A stretch of 64,000 nt of DNA from Trueperaceae bacterium. Lineage in GTDB: Bacteria > Deinococcota > Deinococci > Deinococcales > Trueperaceae. Under the pieces are notes generated by a model. It saw only the letters and a program-made list of their open reading frames with translations, had not been told where the DNA came from and made no database searches. The DNA is taken from the NCBI GenBank assembly GCA_965214405.1, contig OZ243956.1:1029845-1093844 (forward strand), read 5' to 3'. Every line of letters begins with the position of its first letter. Positions within the stretch are counted from its first letter, which is position 1. A program made the position numbers and the translations under genes. Shown piece by piece: positions 36,124 to 45,939 of the stretch.

Positions 36124-37500
36124 GGGTGCAACATTGCTAAAGGGGATAGAAAAGGAGCTATAGGGGAAGTAAACTGGCGCATGGACAAGCCAGGCTGGGA
36201 AGAGAAAGCAAGGGCGGCATTCGAGAGGTATATCGAGGACATAAAGGCGACCCTGCCGCCGAACGCCAACTTTGCGGATATGGAAAGGGCGGTAATGAAG
36301 TTTTCGCCCGAGATCATGCGGAGTACCTTAGAAGGTTTGGCGGCTTCTAAAGATTTTTCCCCCGGAGAAGAAAGAAGTACCTAAAGGCTACTGGCGCAAC
36401 GGCGTCGGTTGGAGTTATGTCAGTACAAGCTGGGGCCGAGTCGAAGTTTTAGTTCAACGTCTGAAAACTAAAGCCGGTAAGCAGCGGCAAATCTATCTCG
36501 ATGCGGCGTTGGACGAATCAGGCTGGAGTCCTGAAGCTTTGGTGCGTCTGGTTGACTTGGGCACACGCTTACCCTATGAAGAGGCCGCGGCTGTGGCACA
36601 GTGCTTCGGTCTTGACGCCAGTCGTTTCTTGCTCAACGACATGAGCGCGGCTTGTGCCGAGAGCTGCCAAAGCGAGGTGTTGAAGCGGCTTCAAGGCGCA
36701 GAGGGCAAAACGGACAAGGTGTGCGAGGAAACCCGACCCCAGTCAATGAAGTCGGCAGGCCGCGTGATGGTTTTGCAGGTTGACGGCGTGTACGTGTTGG
36801 CTCAGCCTGAAGCGGGTTGTTGCCCCGGCCTAGAGATAAAGTCAGCCGTGCTTTATCCACAAAACAGCCCCGGCGAGAGGTGGATGCTAGCCGACAGATG
36901 TTCGGCAGAGGCGTTCTTACCCCTGCTGGCCGGTCTACTTACGGAAGCCAAGCTCACGCCCCAAGACACCCTTATCGGCTTAGGCGACGGCGCAGCTTGG
37001 ATTGACACCATCTTTAGCTACTTAGGCGCGCTGAGAATTACCGATGTTTATCACGCCGCTGAGTATCTCGACCTTGTCATGCAAGCTATGGACTGGGATG
37101 AACAAACGCGCGCTTCTCACAGGCGAGACTGGTACAGGGCTGATATCTCCGCTCGGGACTGGCTTAAACAGCATCTACCCAGCCCTGAATGCTGGCTCAC
37201 CTGGAGCGAGAAGGCCGTCACAGCTCTTCACTACCTTGAGAAACGCCTCGACTCTATGGACTACCCCCTTTACAAAGCCGAAGGCTACCCCATCGGCTCC
37301 GGTCAAGTTGAAGGGATGAACAAAAGCGTTATCGGAAACCGCCTGAAAAGAAGCGGTATGCGTTGGTCTGAAACGGGCGCCGCTGGCATGGCCTCCTTAA
37401 GAGCCCAAACTTGTGCCAAGCATCCGCTCATTGACTTTGACACCTTACGCTTCAACGCCTTTTCCCTTGCTGCTTTATCCCCGTAGGAAATGTTGCACCC
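36124..37500 (+). mobile_element. ISKra4-like insertion sequence, copy C (about 1.38 kb)
   Basis: Terminal inverted repeats GGGTGCAACATT (36124-36135) and AATGTTGCACCC (37489-37500). The flanks CCCGGTACT(c) (36114-36123) and CCCGGTACT (37501-37509) look like a 9-bp target duplication. Confidence 0.75.
36181..37486 (+). CDS. ISKra4-like transposase, two frames (+1 break)
   Basis: A 67-aa N-terminal frame (36181..36384) plus a +1 frame open from the T5C5 run (36354-36363) to 37486. It reads ...KGYWRNGVGWSYVSTSWGRVEVLVQRLK...YPIGSGQVEGMNKSVIGNRLKRSGMRWSETGAAGMASLRA. Confidence 0.7.
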
Positions 37501-37595
37501 CCCGGTACTTAATCCCTCCGAACGCCCCAAAGAAACTTGACAATAAAAGAAACTTGACAATAAGGGTCTGATAAACGGCGCGATGTGACAATTTT

Positions 37596-38657
37596 GTGAG
37601 GGCGGGTGTGGCGCTTTTTAAGGCTTCTAAAACGCGCCCCCTCTATACTGGGTTTTACGTGACGTCTTCTCCCCATTTCGACCCATTGAGCAACCCAGCA
37701 CATAGTGCTTCACCTGACACCCCACCGCGCAGTGGCCCACAAATTGGCCCGCGAATTGGCCCACGAATCGGTGTGGCCCTCGGCGGGGGCAGCGCGCGGG
37801 GCTACGCGCATATCGGCGCGCTCCGCTCTCTAGAGCGGCACGGCTTGGCTCCCGACGTCATCGCGGGCACGAGTTTCGGCGCGCTCATCGGCGCGCTCTA
37901 CGCCGCGGGAAACCCTACCGAAACGATAAGCGCGCTCGCCAACGGCACGCGCCGCCGCGACCTCTTGGGCAACGTGGCCGATTTTGGCTTTCACAAGGCG
38001 GCGCTTTTTGGTGGGGACAAGCTCGAGGCTTACTTCGACACGCTTCTGAAGGGTCGCAGTTTTAGTGATTTGGCGCTCGAGTTCGTCGTCGTCACCACCG
38101 ACGTCGACACGGGCGAGTGCGTGCTCCTACGCGAAGGCTCGCTCGCCAAGGCGCTCCGCGCCAGCGTCGCGCTGCCGGGCATTTTCGCGCCCGTCGAACT
38201 CGGCGGGCGGCGTTTGGTCGACGGGGGCTTGGGTTCGCCCGTGCCACTTGCGACCCTGGACAATTTTGACGTAGACGTCGCCATCGGCATCGGCGCGGGC
38301 GTTACGTGCAGCGAGTCGCGCCCCATCCGCGTGGCTAAAAGATGTTTGGATACGCGGGTAGGAAGGCGCGTTCACGAAGGATTGAGAGACACCCCCGGCT
38401 CGCACCCGCTGCGCGTGTTGGGTCGCGCCTTGGCCCACACCGCGAGTTCGTGGGGGGAGCGCCGCCCGCTGGACGAGGGCGCGCTGCACGTGCAAACGAA
38501 ACCGCCGATTAGCTGGCTCAACTTTCACAAAGCGGCCCTGGCTATCGAGGCGGGTGAAACGGCGTTGGAGGCCTTTGTGCCGACCATTCGCCACGCTCTC
38601 ACCACCCACACCACCCTTGACAACGCTCTTGCTCAGGCGGGGCTCGAGGCCGCCTAA
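37596..38657 (+). CDS. patatin-like phospholipase
   Basis: GGGSARG (oxyanion GGGxRG), GTSFG (GxSxG) and VDGGLGSPVP (DGG) motifs. The start codon is uncertain, and the N-terminal 60 aa may not be translated. Confidence 0.8.
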   Translation: MRAGVALFKASKTRPLYTGFYVTSSPHFDPLSNPAHSASPDTPPRSGPQIGPRIGPRIGVALGGGSARGYAHIGALRSLERHGLAPDVIAGTSFGALIGALYAAGNPTETISALANGTRRRDLLGNVADFGFHKAALFGGDKLEAYFDTLLKGRSFSDLALEFVVVTTDVDTGECVLLREGSLAKALRASVALPGIFAPVELGGRRLVDGGLGSPVPLATLDNFDVDVAIGIGAGVTCSESRPIRVAKRCLDTRVGRRVHEGLRDTPGSHPLRVLGRALAHTASSWGERRPLDEGALHVQTKPPISWLNFHKAALAIEAGETALEAFVPTIRHALTTHTTLDNALAQAGLEAA

Positions 38658-39094
38658 CGCGTCTCTTTTGAAGTCGAGTCCGAGTCCGAGGCCGAGTCTG
38701 AGGTCGAGGTGCCGGGCCGCCGGTTCTCCGGTTGTTTGAGATGGTAGCGAATTCCCTTGCCCGCCAACGGTTCGTCGGCAAAACGGGGGATGACGTGCAG
38801 GTGGACCTGCGGAATATGCTGACCGCCCACCTCGCCCACGTTCCAGCCCACGTTGTAGCCGTCCGGGGCGCTCTCCTCGAGCAACGTTTTAACCTCTCCC
38901 AACAACATAAAAGTTGCCGCCCACTCCTGGGGCGTGAGGTCGAAAAAGCTCTCGCAGGCTCTCAAAGGCACAATCACGCCCGAACCCGGTAGCACGTCCT
39001 GACGGGTAAACCTTAAGAAAACACAGTGCTCGTTTTTAAGCTCGAGCTTTTGGTCTGGAAACGCGTCGGGGCCGAAGTGGGGCGGGTAGCGCAT
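38654..39094 (-). CDS. HIT-family nucleotide hydrolase/transferase
   Basis: HIPQVHLHVIPR is a histidine triad. Start placed at ATG 39094 (MRYPPHFGPD...) because the longer track ORF runs antisense through the neighbouring membrane-protein gene. Ser/Asp-rich C-terminal tail. Confidence 0.8.
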   Translation of the reverse strand: MRYPPHFGPDAFPDQKLELKNEHCVFLRFTRQDVLPGSGVIVPLRACESFFDLTPQEWAATFMLLGEVKTLLEESAPDGYNVGWNVGEVGGQHIPQVHLHVIPRFADEPLAGKGIRYHLKQPENRRPGTSTSDSASDSDSTSKETR

Positions 39095-39137
39095 GGCGAA
39101 GGGTAACACAGGAAATAAAAAGGGGGACGGTTGAAGG

Positions 39138-39566
39138 TTGTTATACTGTTTCCGGGGTACTGAAGTGGCAACTATCGGCAGAGCAGAAAGCTTCTTGGCC
39201 CGTCTCAAAACCACGCGGTGGGCAACCCTTTTTACGTGGTTTGTCAGAGTCCTGATAGCGCTAGCGTTTATCCAATCAGGCTTAACGAAAGTTATCGGCG
39301 CGCGCTTCACGCTGCTCGGAACGGATACGGACATCGGCTTCTTTTTCGAAGCTCTCTACCGCGCGAAACTTTACTGGCGTTTCATAGGTGCCGCGCAGAT
39401 TCTGGCGTCCCTACTCCTCCTCATCCCACGAACGACGATGCTCGGCGCGGTGGTGTTCTTCCCCATCATGCTCAATATCTTTGTGATTACCTGGTCGCTC
39501 CGCTTTCACGGCACGGTCGTCGTTACCTCACTCATGCTGCTCGCCAACCTCTATCTGCTCCTTTAG
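39138..39566 (+). CDS. small integral membrane protein (DoxX-like, tentative)
   Basis: Four TM-length segments. ALAFIQSGLTKVIG resembles the first-helix motif of DoxX-type proteins. The start is uncertain (GTG 39168 is possible). Confidence 0.4.
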   Translation: MLYCFRGTEVATIGRAESFLARLKTTRWATLFTWFVRVLIALAFIQSGLTKVIGARFTLLGTDTDIGFFFEALYRAKLYWRFIGAAQILASLLLLIPRTTMLGAVVFFPIMLNIFVITWSLRFHGTVVVTSLMLLANLYLLL

Positions 39567-39642
39567 CATTGGCCCACATTGAAAGTCCTCTTTAGCGGCG
39601 AACGGACTTTGAGAAAGTAGCGTGTCAAGCAGAGGTAGGCGT

Positions 39643-40527
39643 TTAGAGAATCGCTTTGCCGAGCAGGCTCGAGGCCATCTCCACCATGATTTGCGCGGTC
39701 TTGTTCTGCGTGTCGAGAATCGGGTTGACCTCGACCAAATCTAAACTGGTCACCACCCCCGCGTCAGCGAGGAGTTCCATGAGCAGGTGCGCCTCGCGGT
39801 AGGTGAGGCCGCCGGGCACGGGCGTGCCGACGCCGGGCGCAAGGTTCGGGTCGAGCGCGTCGGCGTCGAACGACACGTGTAGGCGCGGCACGTGGCTAAG
39901 GCGCTCCAACGCCTCGGCGGCGACCGCCGCCATCCCACGCGTGTCGATCTCTTTCATCGTGTAGACGCCGATACCGCGCGCGCGGATGAGTTCGCGCTCA
40001 TCCGGGTCTATCGAGCGAACACCAACAAAGACCACGTCCTCCGGGCGCAAAACCGCGCCGCCGCCCCAAATATCCAGCAAGCGCGGGTCACCCTCACCCA
40101 AAAGGTGCGCCAAAGGCATCCCGTGGATGTTGCCGCTCGGCGAGGTCGCGGGTGTGTTGAGGTCGGCGTGCGCGTCAATCCACAACACGCCGGTACGCCC
40201 CGCCCCGGCCACCCCCGCCACCGTGCCCATCGACACCGAGTGGTCACCGCCCAAGGCGATGGGAAAGTGATGGTCGGGAATGCTCGTAAGCACTTCGTAC
40301 ACCCTGCGGCACGCCTCAGCGATGGCGTCGGCGTAATGGAGACCGTTATCGTCCTCCAGCGCCTCCGGCACCGGCGACTCGACGTTGCCCAAGTCTTTGA
40401 TGGTGTAACCCAGCCCGCGCAGCGTGGCCTCGAGCCTCGCCAGCCGCAACGCACTCGGCCCCATATCCACCCCCCGCCGCCCCGCGCCCAAGTCCATCGG
40501 AATACCCAAAATATTGATGGTTTTCAT
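39643..40527 (-). CDS. rocF: arginase
   Basis: MKTINILGIPMDLGAGRRGVDMGPSALR ... GGDHSVSMGT ... IDAHADLNTPATSPSGNIHGMPLAHLLG ... HVSFDADALDP ... VEVNPILD aligns block by block with Bacillus arginase as I remember it. Start at ATG 40527. Confidence 0.9.
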   Translation of the reverse strand: MKTINILGIPMDLGAGRRGVDMGPSALRLARLEATLRGLGYTIKDLGNVESPVPEALEDDNGLHYADAIAEACRRVYEVLTSIPDHHFPIALGGDHSVSMGTVAGVAGAGRTGVLWIDAHADLNTPATSPSGNIHGMPLAHLLGEGDPRLLDIWGGGAVLRPEDVVFVGVRSIDPDERELIRARGIGVYTMKEIDTRGMAAVAAEALERLSHVPRLHVSFDADALDPNLAPGVGTPVPGGLTYREAHLLMELLADAGVVTSLDLVEVNPILDTQNKTAQIMVEMASSLLGKAIL

Positions 40528-40906
40528 GACCGAGGATAACATAAAACACGTCACAGACGTAAAAACGGTACTTTATACACTACCACATAGTTTTATACAC
40601 AAAGCTACACTTGCACAACCGAGTTGTTGCCTCGTGAGCCTCACTCACTGTTCTCTTATGGTTCATTCACCATTAAAAGTCGGAACCGTCCGCATGGCCC
40701 CATATGGCGGGGCGCTCGAGCGGCGGTTAAGTATGAGGCGAGATAGCAGAAAGCCCTACACTCCCCTTGGCATCACGCGCTATAGACTTTAGGCACGCTC
40801 GAGGCTGAGCTTAAAGGCTCGAGCGAACGGGAAGTAAAACGCGTTACAGCCTTTGTAGTTGACAACAATCAACAAGCACAAAGGCCAGTAAATTCAAGGG
40901 GGGAAG

Positions 40907-41734
40907 ATGTTCTACCACGACAGCAAACTCCAGTACACCGTCCGCGTCGACACGCCCAACCCGCTCTACGCCAAGATGCTCCAGCAGGCCATCGGCGGCG
41001 TCGAGGGCGAAATCCGGGTGATGATGCAGTACCTTTTTCAGGCTTTCGGCTCGCGCGGTCCCACCAAATACCGCGACATGCTCATGGAAACGGGCACCGA
41101 GGAGATGGGCCACGTGGAGATGCTCGCCACCGCGGTGGCGCTAAACTTAGAGGGCGCGCCCACCAAAACCGTCGAGGAGGCCGCCAAAGACCCGATGGTC
41201 GAAGCGGTCTTGGGCGGCATGAACCCGCGCCACCTGCTCTCGTCGGGCTTGGGCGCGATGCCCGTCAACTCGAACGGCGTGCCCTTCGACTGCTCGCACG
41301 TCTACGCGACGGGCAACATCGCCGCGGACATGTATGCCAACGTGACCGCCGAGTCGGGCGGACGCGCCTTGGCGGTGCGGCTTTACAACCTGACCGACGA
41401 CCCCGGCATGAAGGACATGCTCAAGTTCTTGATTGCCCGCGACACCATGCACCAGGAGCAGTGGTTGGCGGTTCTGGAAGAACTCGGCGGGCCGAGCAAC
41501 CACCCCATCCCCAACTCGTTCCCGCAAGACGAGGAGCTTCAGGACTACAACTACGTTTTCTTGGGCTTCAAAAAGGATGGCAGCCCGCCTCCAGAGGGGC
41601 GCTGGTCGAGTGGTGAGTCGATTGATAAGAAGGGCACCTTCACTTCACGCGTGATGCAGCCCGAAGGGCAAGAGCCCAAGCTGAGCCCGCCCAAGCCGGG
41701 GATGGGGGCGCAGAAGGAGCAGAACCCCTCGTAG
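40907..41734 (+). CDS. manganese catalase
   Basis: MFYHDSKLQYTVRVDTPNPLYAKMLQQAIGGVEGEIRVMMQYLFQAFG ... ETGTEEMGHVEML are the di-Mn ligand blocks of Mn catalases. AAGGGGGG RBS. Confidence 0.9.
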   Translation: MFYHDSKLQYTVRVDTPNPLYAKMLQQAIGGVEGEIRVMMQYLFQAFGSRGPTKYRDMLMETGTEEMGHVEMLATAVALNLEGAPTKTVEEAAKDPMVEAVLGGMNPRHLLSSGLGAMPVNSNGVPFDCSHVYATGNIAADMYANVTAESGGRALAVRLYNLTDDPGMKDMLKFLIARDTMHQEQWLAVLEELGGPSNHPIPNSFPQDEELQDYNYVFLGFKKDGSPPPEGRWSSGESIDKKGTFTSRVMQPEGQEPKLSPPKPGMGAQKEQNPS

Positions 41735-41773
41735 GCTCGAGGTTTAGCGCAGTAACAGATAACATCAACAGCC

Positions 41774-41812
41774 AAGCAGCGTAGAGATTTTTATCCTCTG
41801 CGCTGCTTTTTT
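41774..41812 (+). terminator. rho-independent terminator between convergent catalase and NmrA-like genes
   Basis: 13-bp stem AAGCAGCGTAGAG / CTCTGCGCTGCTT (one G-U pair), 9-nt loop, then TTTT. Confidence 0.75.
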
Positions 41813-42578
41813 AGCGGCTCGAGCCATCCGCACGCAGCCACGCCTCCCACCTCACCGTTCCCCGCTCACCCTCCGGCACCGTGTTATGTCCCGCGCGAAA
41901 TCCCGCCGCGAGCCCGCCAAAAAGCGGGACGTTCACCACCGACTTTTGCACGTTAAGCGCCTCCTTCCACTTCCCAGCCGCCTCCCCAAGCGTCATCACC
42001 TCCGGCCCGCCGAAGTCGGGGAGGTGTCCGCCGGGGCCGCCGTCAAGCGCACGCACAAGGCGCGCGGCCACCTCCTCAGCCGCCACGCTCTGAACGCGGA
42101 AGTCGGTCGGGAGAGGGAGCACGAGCGGGACACGGGCGGCGCTACGGATGAGCTGATTCACAAAGCTGTGAAACTGCGTTGCGCGGAGTATGGAGTACGG
42201 CACGCCGCTCTCGGCAACCAGCCGCTCGGCCTCCGCCTTCGCGCGGTAGTAGCCGAACGGGATTTTATCTACGCCGACGATGGAGACGTAGATGAAGTGG
42301 CCTGTGCCAGCCTCACGAGCCGCCTCAACGAGCCGCCGGGACCCGGCAACATCGACAGCTTGCGGCTTCCGCGGGTCGCTCGCGGCGTGGATAACGGCGT
42401 CTACGCCTTCCACCGCCTCCCGCACACCCTCACCCGTGGCGAGATCGGCCCGCGCCCACTCCACGGGTGCGCTGTTGGGGCTGCGGCTTTGGACGCGGAC
42501 GGTGTGGCTATGCTCGAGCGCCGACCGAACAACGTAGCCTCCAAGGGTGCCGGTGCCGCCGGTAACGAGAATCTTCAT
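41811..42578 (-). CDS. NAD(P)H-binding NmrA/atypical-SDR family protein
   Basis: MKILVTGGTGTLGGYVV Rossmann N-terminus. 255 aa. Confidence 0.75.
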   Translation of the reverse strand: MKILVTGGTGTLGGYVVRSALEHSHTVRVQSRSPNSAPVEWARADLATGEGVREAVEGVDAVIHAASDPRKPQAVDVAGSRRLVEAAREAGTGHFIYVSIVGVDKIPFGYYRAKAEAERLVAESGVPYSILRATQFHSFVNQLIRSAARVPLVLPLPTDFRVQSVAAEEVAARLVRALDGGPGGHLPDFGGPEVMTLGEAAGKWKEALNVQKSVVNVPLFGGLAAGFRAGHNTVPEGERGTVRWEAWLRADGSSR

Positions 42579-42629
42579 GACTGTCCTCGACTTGATGTGG
42601 TGACGCGTGAGGTCACCAGCTAGAGCCGG

Positions 42630-43562
42630 TCAAGGTGCGTAGCCGCTGAGTCGCAAAAGCTCTTGCGCGTCCACGTCCGTCCACGCTTCGACTCCCATGT
42701 CCGAATGTTTGTCCAAAAATGCCTGCACCATGCCAAAGCCAATCGTGTAACCCGTCCAGACCGGAAAGCGGTCATTACCAAACATGATTTGCCGCTGGAA
42801 GTCCAGGTTGCGCGTCGTCAAGTAAGGCAAGGCCTGCCACTGCTCGCGCTCTTGGTCCGGGGTCAGGGCCTCCGTCCAGGGCGCTGCGGCTTCAGGATAG
42901 ATGAGTTTGGCGAAGCTGCTCGCCTTGCCCTCAAAGACGAGGTAGTCAACGAGTCGGAAGTCGTCAAAAGCATCGGGAAACTGTTGCAGCCAAGCGGCGT
43001 GATGGTACTCGTGAACGACACTCTGCTCGAGCCTATCCAACCCTCCCTCCAAAGGATAGACGTTCATGTAAACGGTCGTAGCCGCGGCAGTGCCGACGAC
43101 GCCCCCCATTTTTTCTAGAACGAAGTCGTCGCTCGGATGCAGGGCAAAAATGCAAAAGGTGATGGGGTCCGCCGGTAAAAGAGGTGCTGCCTTCGCTACC
43201 GCTTCCCCGACAGCGGCAGCCACGTCCGCTACCGCAACGTCACGTATGGCTTTCTCCCAGGTCTCGAGCTCGGTCATCTCGTAACCGATGTTACTCCGGA
43301 TGAACGCTTCCTTATCGCTCGCGCATTCCTCAGCGTAAGGGGCCAGAGCAAGTTCCCGATAAAGCTCGGTCTTTTCCGTCAGGCGCAGGTCCGGCTCCGC
43401 TTGAAGCGCCCTGATGAAAGCCAACTGGCCTTCGTAAACAGGAACAACGCGGACGTCGGGGGGTTCTGCCCCTTGCGCCCACGACCGTCCCAAAAGAAGC
43501 AAGCAAGACAAGACGAGAAAGTGAAGCAGTTTTGTTGCCCTACTCGTTTGTTTGATGTTCAT
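42630..43562 (-). CDS. secreted putative zinc metalloprotease (DUF2268-like)
   Basis: Signal-like N-terminus MNIKQTSRATKLLHFLVLSCLLLLG. VVHEYHHAAW contains HExxH. Start placed at ATG 43562. Confidence 0.6.
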   Translation of the reverse strand: MNIKQTSRATKLLHFLVLSCLLLLGRSWAQGAEPPDVRVVPVYEGQLAFIRALQAEPDLRLTEKTELYRELALAPYAEECASDKEAFIRSNIGYEMTELETWEKAIRDVAVADVAAAVGEAVAKAAPLLPADPITFCIFALHPSDDFVLEKMGGVVGTAAATTVYMNVYPLEGGLDRLEQSVVHEYHHAAWLQQFPDAFDDFRLVDYLVFEGKASSFAKLIYPEAAAPWTEALTPDQEREQWQALPYLTTRNLDFQRQIMFGNDRFPVWTGYTIGFGMVQAFLDKHSDMGVEAWTDVDAQELLRLSGYAP

Positions 43563-43581
43563 GATTCTACGCTTTCCGAGT

Positions 43582-44217
43582 TTAGGAAGTCGCTTCGGGA
43601 AGCGCCGCCTCTCCCCACGCATCCGCAAAAACAAACTCAGAAAGCGCCTTACGAGACCGCGGCGCGCGCTCCTTTTCCCTCAGGTCTTCAGCCAACACCG
43701 CCGGGTCGCCCGCGTAGCCTAGCGCGAGGCCAGCAACAACGTCGAAGTCGTCCGGGACGCCGTAAAGCTCCCGCACCCGGTCCGGCTCGATGCCCGCCAT
43801 CTGGTGAACGTGCAGTCCCACATCGGTCGCCTGAAGCACGAGATTTTCGACCGCCATGCCGAGGTCGTGCCAGGCGTGGCGGTTCGTCCCGCCGCCTCTA
43901 GAAAACGTTTTTTTGGCGAGCGACATCATCAGCACGGGCGCGGTTTTGGCCCAATCTTGATTCTTTTCTCTCAAGCAGCTCAAGAGTTTGGCGTACGCCT
44001 CCTCTTGTTCTTTTTGAGCCACGATAAAGCGCCAGGGTTGCTCGTTAAAAGACGAGGCGGCCCAGCGGGCGGCCTCTAAGACCCGCAACAGCTTCTCCCG
44101 CTCGACGGGTTTGTCTGAGAAAGCCCTGGGACTCCACCGTTGGCGGATGGGCTCGAGCACGTCGTAGTCGGTCTGGGCGGTTTTGTCTAAGGTAACTGGA
44201 CTAACGGTATCAGTCAT
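43582..44217 (-). CDS. nitroreductase family protein
   Basis: RWSPRAFSDKPVEREKLLRVLEAARWAASSFNEQPWRFIV is the canonical nitroreductase N-terminal block. Confidence 0.85.
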   Translation of the reverse strand: MTDTVSPVTLDKTAQTDYDVLEPIRQRWSPRAFSDKPVEREKLLRVLEAARWAASSFNEQPWRFIVAQKEQEEAYAKLLSCLREKNQDWAKTAPVLMMSLAKKTFSRGGGTNRHAWHDLGMAVENLVLQATDVGLHVHQMAGIEPDRVRELYGVPDDFDVVAGLALGYAGDPAVLAEDLREKERAPRSRKALSEFVFADAWGEAALPEATS

Positions 44218-44256
44218 ACCTTTATTGTTGTCCGCTCGAGGAACGCATGATGTAGG

Positions 44257-45141
44257 CTAGACTGCGGCCTTCTCCAAGGGCTGCGCTTCCTCTTTGGTGA
44301 GACCCACCAAACGCGCGCTCTCCTCCCAGAGCCGCCGCTGCGCGCCCTCGTCGTAGGAAATATTTTTGGAGGTGAGCGTTTCTTTGTCCTTAAAGTATTT
44401 GCCCGTCACCCCCTCGACGTCGAGCGAGGTCGCCAGCCAGATGGCCGTCTCCGCGCCCTTTTCGGGCGAGCGCGAGAAGGGCTTGAGAATCTTTGTTGCG
44501 AGGTTGGCAAAGCCGCCGTTGTTGGTGCCGAAGTTCGTGCCGACAAACCCCGGATGAAGCGCGTTGACGGTCACGCCCGTGCCCTCCAAACGTCTGGCGA
44601 GCTCATAGGTAAAGAGCAAGTTGGCGAGCTTGGACTGACCGTAGGCCTTCCAGCCGCCGTAATTGTGGAGCATGAGGTCGTCAAAGTGCACCTTGCCCAT
44701 GCGCTCGGCTTCGGAGGACACGACGACGATGCGCGAGGGGGCCGCCCTTAGCAGCGGCGGCAGCAGGAGGTGCGTGAGCAAAAAGGGTGCGAGGTGGTTT
44801 AAGGCAAAGGTCTTTTCAAACCCGTCCGCGGTCTCTTGGCGCTTCGCCATAAACACGCCCGCGTTGTTGACGAGCACGTCTAAGCGCTTGAAGCGCGCGT
44901 TGAATCCTTCCGCAAGCGACCGCGTCTCCTCCACCGACGAGAGGTCGGCGGGCATAAAGACGACATTGCCCCCCGTTTTCCGCCGCAACGCCGCCGCCGC
45001 CTCGTCACCGCTGCCGCTACCACGCGACACCGTCACCACCTTAGCCCCGCGCACCGCGAGCGCCTCGGCGGTCGCCCTGCCGATACCCGAACTCCCCCCC
45101 GTCACCAAACACACTTTGTCGCGCATACTTTGTTCCGGCAT
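44257..45141 (-). CDS. short-chain dehydrogenase/reductase (SDR)
   Basis: VCLVTGGSSGIGRATA (TGxxxGIG), NNAG and YGQSKLAN (YxxxK) motifs. Confidence 0.9.
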   Translation of the reverse strand: MPEQSMRDKVCLVTGGSSGIGRATAEALAVRGAKVVTVSRGSGSGDEAAAALRRKTGGNVVFMPADLSSVEETRSLAEGFNARFKRLDVLVNNAGVFMAKRQETADGFEKTFALNHLAPFLLTHLLLPPLLRAAPSRIVVVSSEAERMGKVHFDDLMLHNYGGWKAYGQSKLANLLFTYELARRLEGTGVTVNALHPGFVGTNFGTNNGGFANLATKILKPFSRSPEKGAETAIWLATSLDVEGVTGKYFKDKETLTSKNISYDEGAQRRLWEESARLVGLTKEEAQPLEKAAV

Positions 45142-45210
45142 AAAAGTCTCCCTTCGTCTCTCAGATTATAAAGTGGGGCGCTTCACCAAGAGAGTGAGGC
45201 AGGCTTATGC

Positions 45211-45237
45211 AAAAACCCCGGCAAGGTGGGGCCGGGG
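45211..45237 (-). terminator. terminator candidate after the AAA+ remnant
   Basis: Stem CCCCGGC / GCCGGGG (45216-45222 / 45231-45237). On the minus strand it is followed by TTTTTGCAT. Confidence 0.5.
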
Positions 45238-45261
45238 CCTTAAAGCGAATCTTCTACCTTT

Positions 45262-45791
45262 TTAGTCCGCCCGCACCGCCCTCCCCTGCGCCCAATCCCT
45301 AAGTGCCTGAACTTTCTCACGCATCGTCTGCGACAGGGGCCGCGTCAGCCTCACCTCATCCAACAAAAGAGCGTCGCTGAGGTCGCCCCCGTTAGCAAAG
45401 GCCGTGTAGAGCCCCGACACGATGACGCCTTCAATCTCCGCGCCGCTAAAGCCCGCCGTCGCCGTGACCAGGCGGGGCAAGTCAAAAGTCTGGGGAACGC
45501 GCCCGCGCTTTGTCAGGTGAATCTTGAAAATAGCTTCCCGCGCCGCTTCATTGGGCAAATCCACAAAAAAGAGTTCGTCGAAGCGCCCCTTGCGCACCAG
45601 TTCGGGCAGCAAGGTATGGGCGCTGTTGGCGGTGGCAACGACGAACACGTCGCCCCGGCGCTCCTGCAACCAGGTGAGGAAAATTCCTAAGTGAGCGGGT
45701 AACGCGAGTGCAACAGGAGGTCTAAATCATTTAGAAAAGCGTCGGACTTAGCAGGATGTGCGGCGGGGGCGGCGTGGGGAGGCGTTGTCAC
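45262..45791 (-). pseudogene. AAA+ ATPase gene remnant with a large internal deletion
   Basis: The C-terminal frame reads ...IFLTWLQERRGDVFVVATANSAHTLLPELVRKGRFDELFFVDLPNEAAREAIFKIHL... (sensor/lid region). There are no Walker A or B motifs. Upstream, in another frame, ...AFLNDLDLLLHSRYPLT* resembles the extreme N-terminus of the same family. The junction lies near 45690-45700. Confidence 0.65.
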
Positions 45792-45939
45792 GTTGTTTTT
45801 GGCATAGCCAGCACGCTTGCTCGAGCGTGAGAACTGCTTCATAACCCGCGGGACAGCCGGTGAAAGGGTCGGATATGAACGAAAGAAGAGCCCAACCGGA
45901 GCAGGCTTTTGGCGGAAATTCAAAAAGCGCTTCTCTCAA

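Noticed and set aside
37533-37565. Direct repeat GAAACTTGACAATAA x2 (two TTGACA hexamers) just outside the right end of ISKra4-like copy C, considered as a promoter for the patatin gene
   Set aside because: I could not find a -10 element at 16-18 nt spacing from either TTGACA. It is a plain 15-bp duplication with no further support.
37735-37775. 12-bp triplicated motif encoding GPQIGPRIGPRIG at the patatin ORF N-terminus
   Set aside because: It lies upstream of the conserved patatin core, in a region that may not be translated. It is too short to interpret.
40555-40906. Arginase/Mn-catalase divergent intergenic region. It holds the direct repeat TTTATACAC x2 (about 40573 and 40593), the inverted repeat GTTGA-N6-TCAAC around a TTGACA hexamer (about 40857-40872), and ORF 40424-40792.
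   Set aside because: The ORF has no motifs and spans the arginase promoter region. The repeats are short and do not match any operator consensus (PerR, Fur, OxyR, ArgR) well enough to call by eye.
45687-45939. Two overlapping minus-strand ORFs (78 and 63 aa) upstream of the AAA+ fragment
   Set aside because: They are not independent genes. The only meaningful part (...FLNDLDLLLHSRYPLT) is interpreted as the N-terminal remnant of the deleted AAA+ gene.
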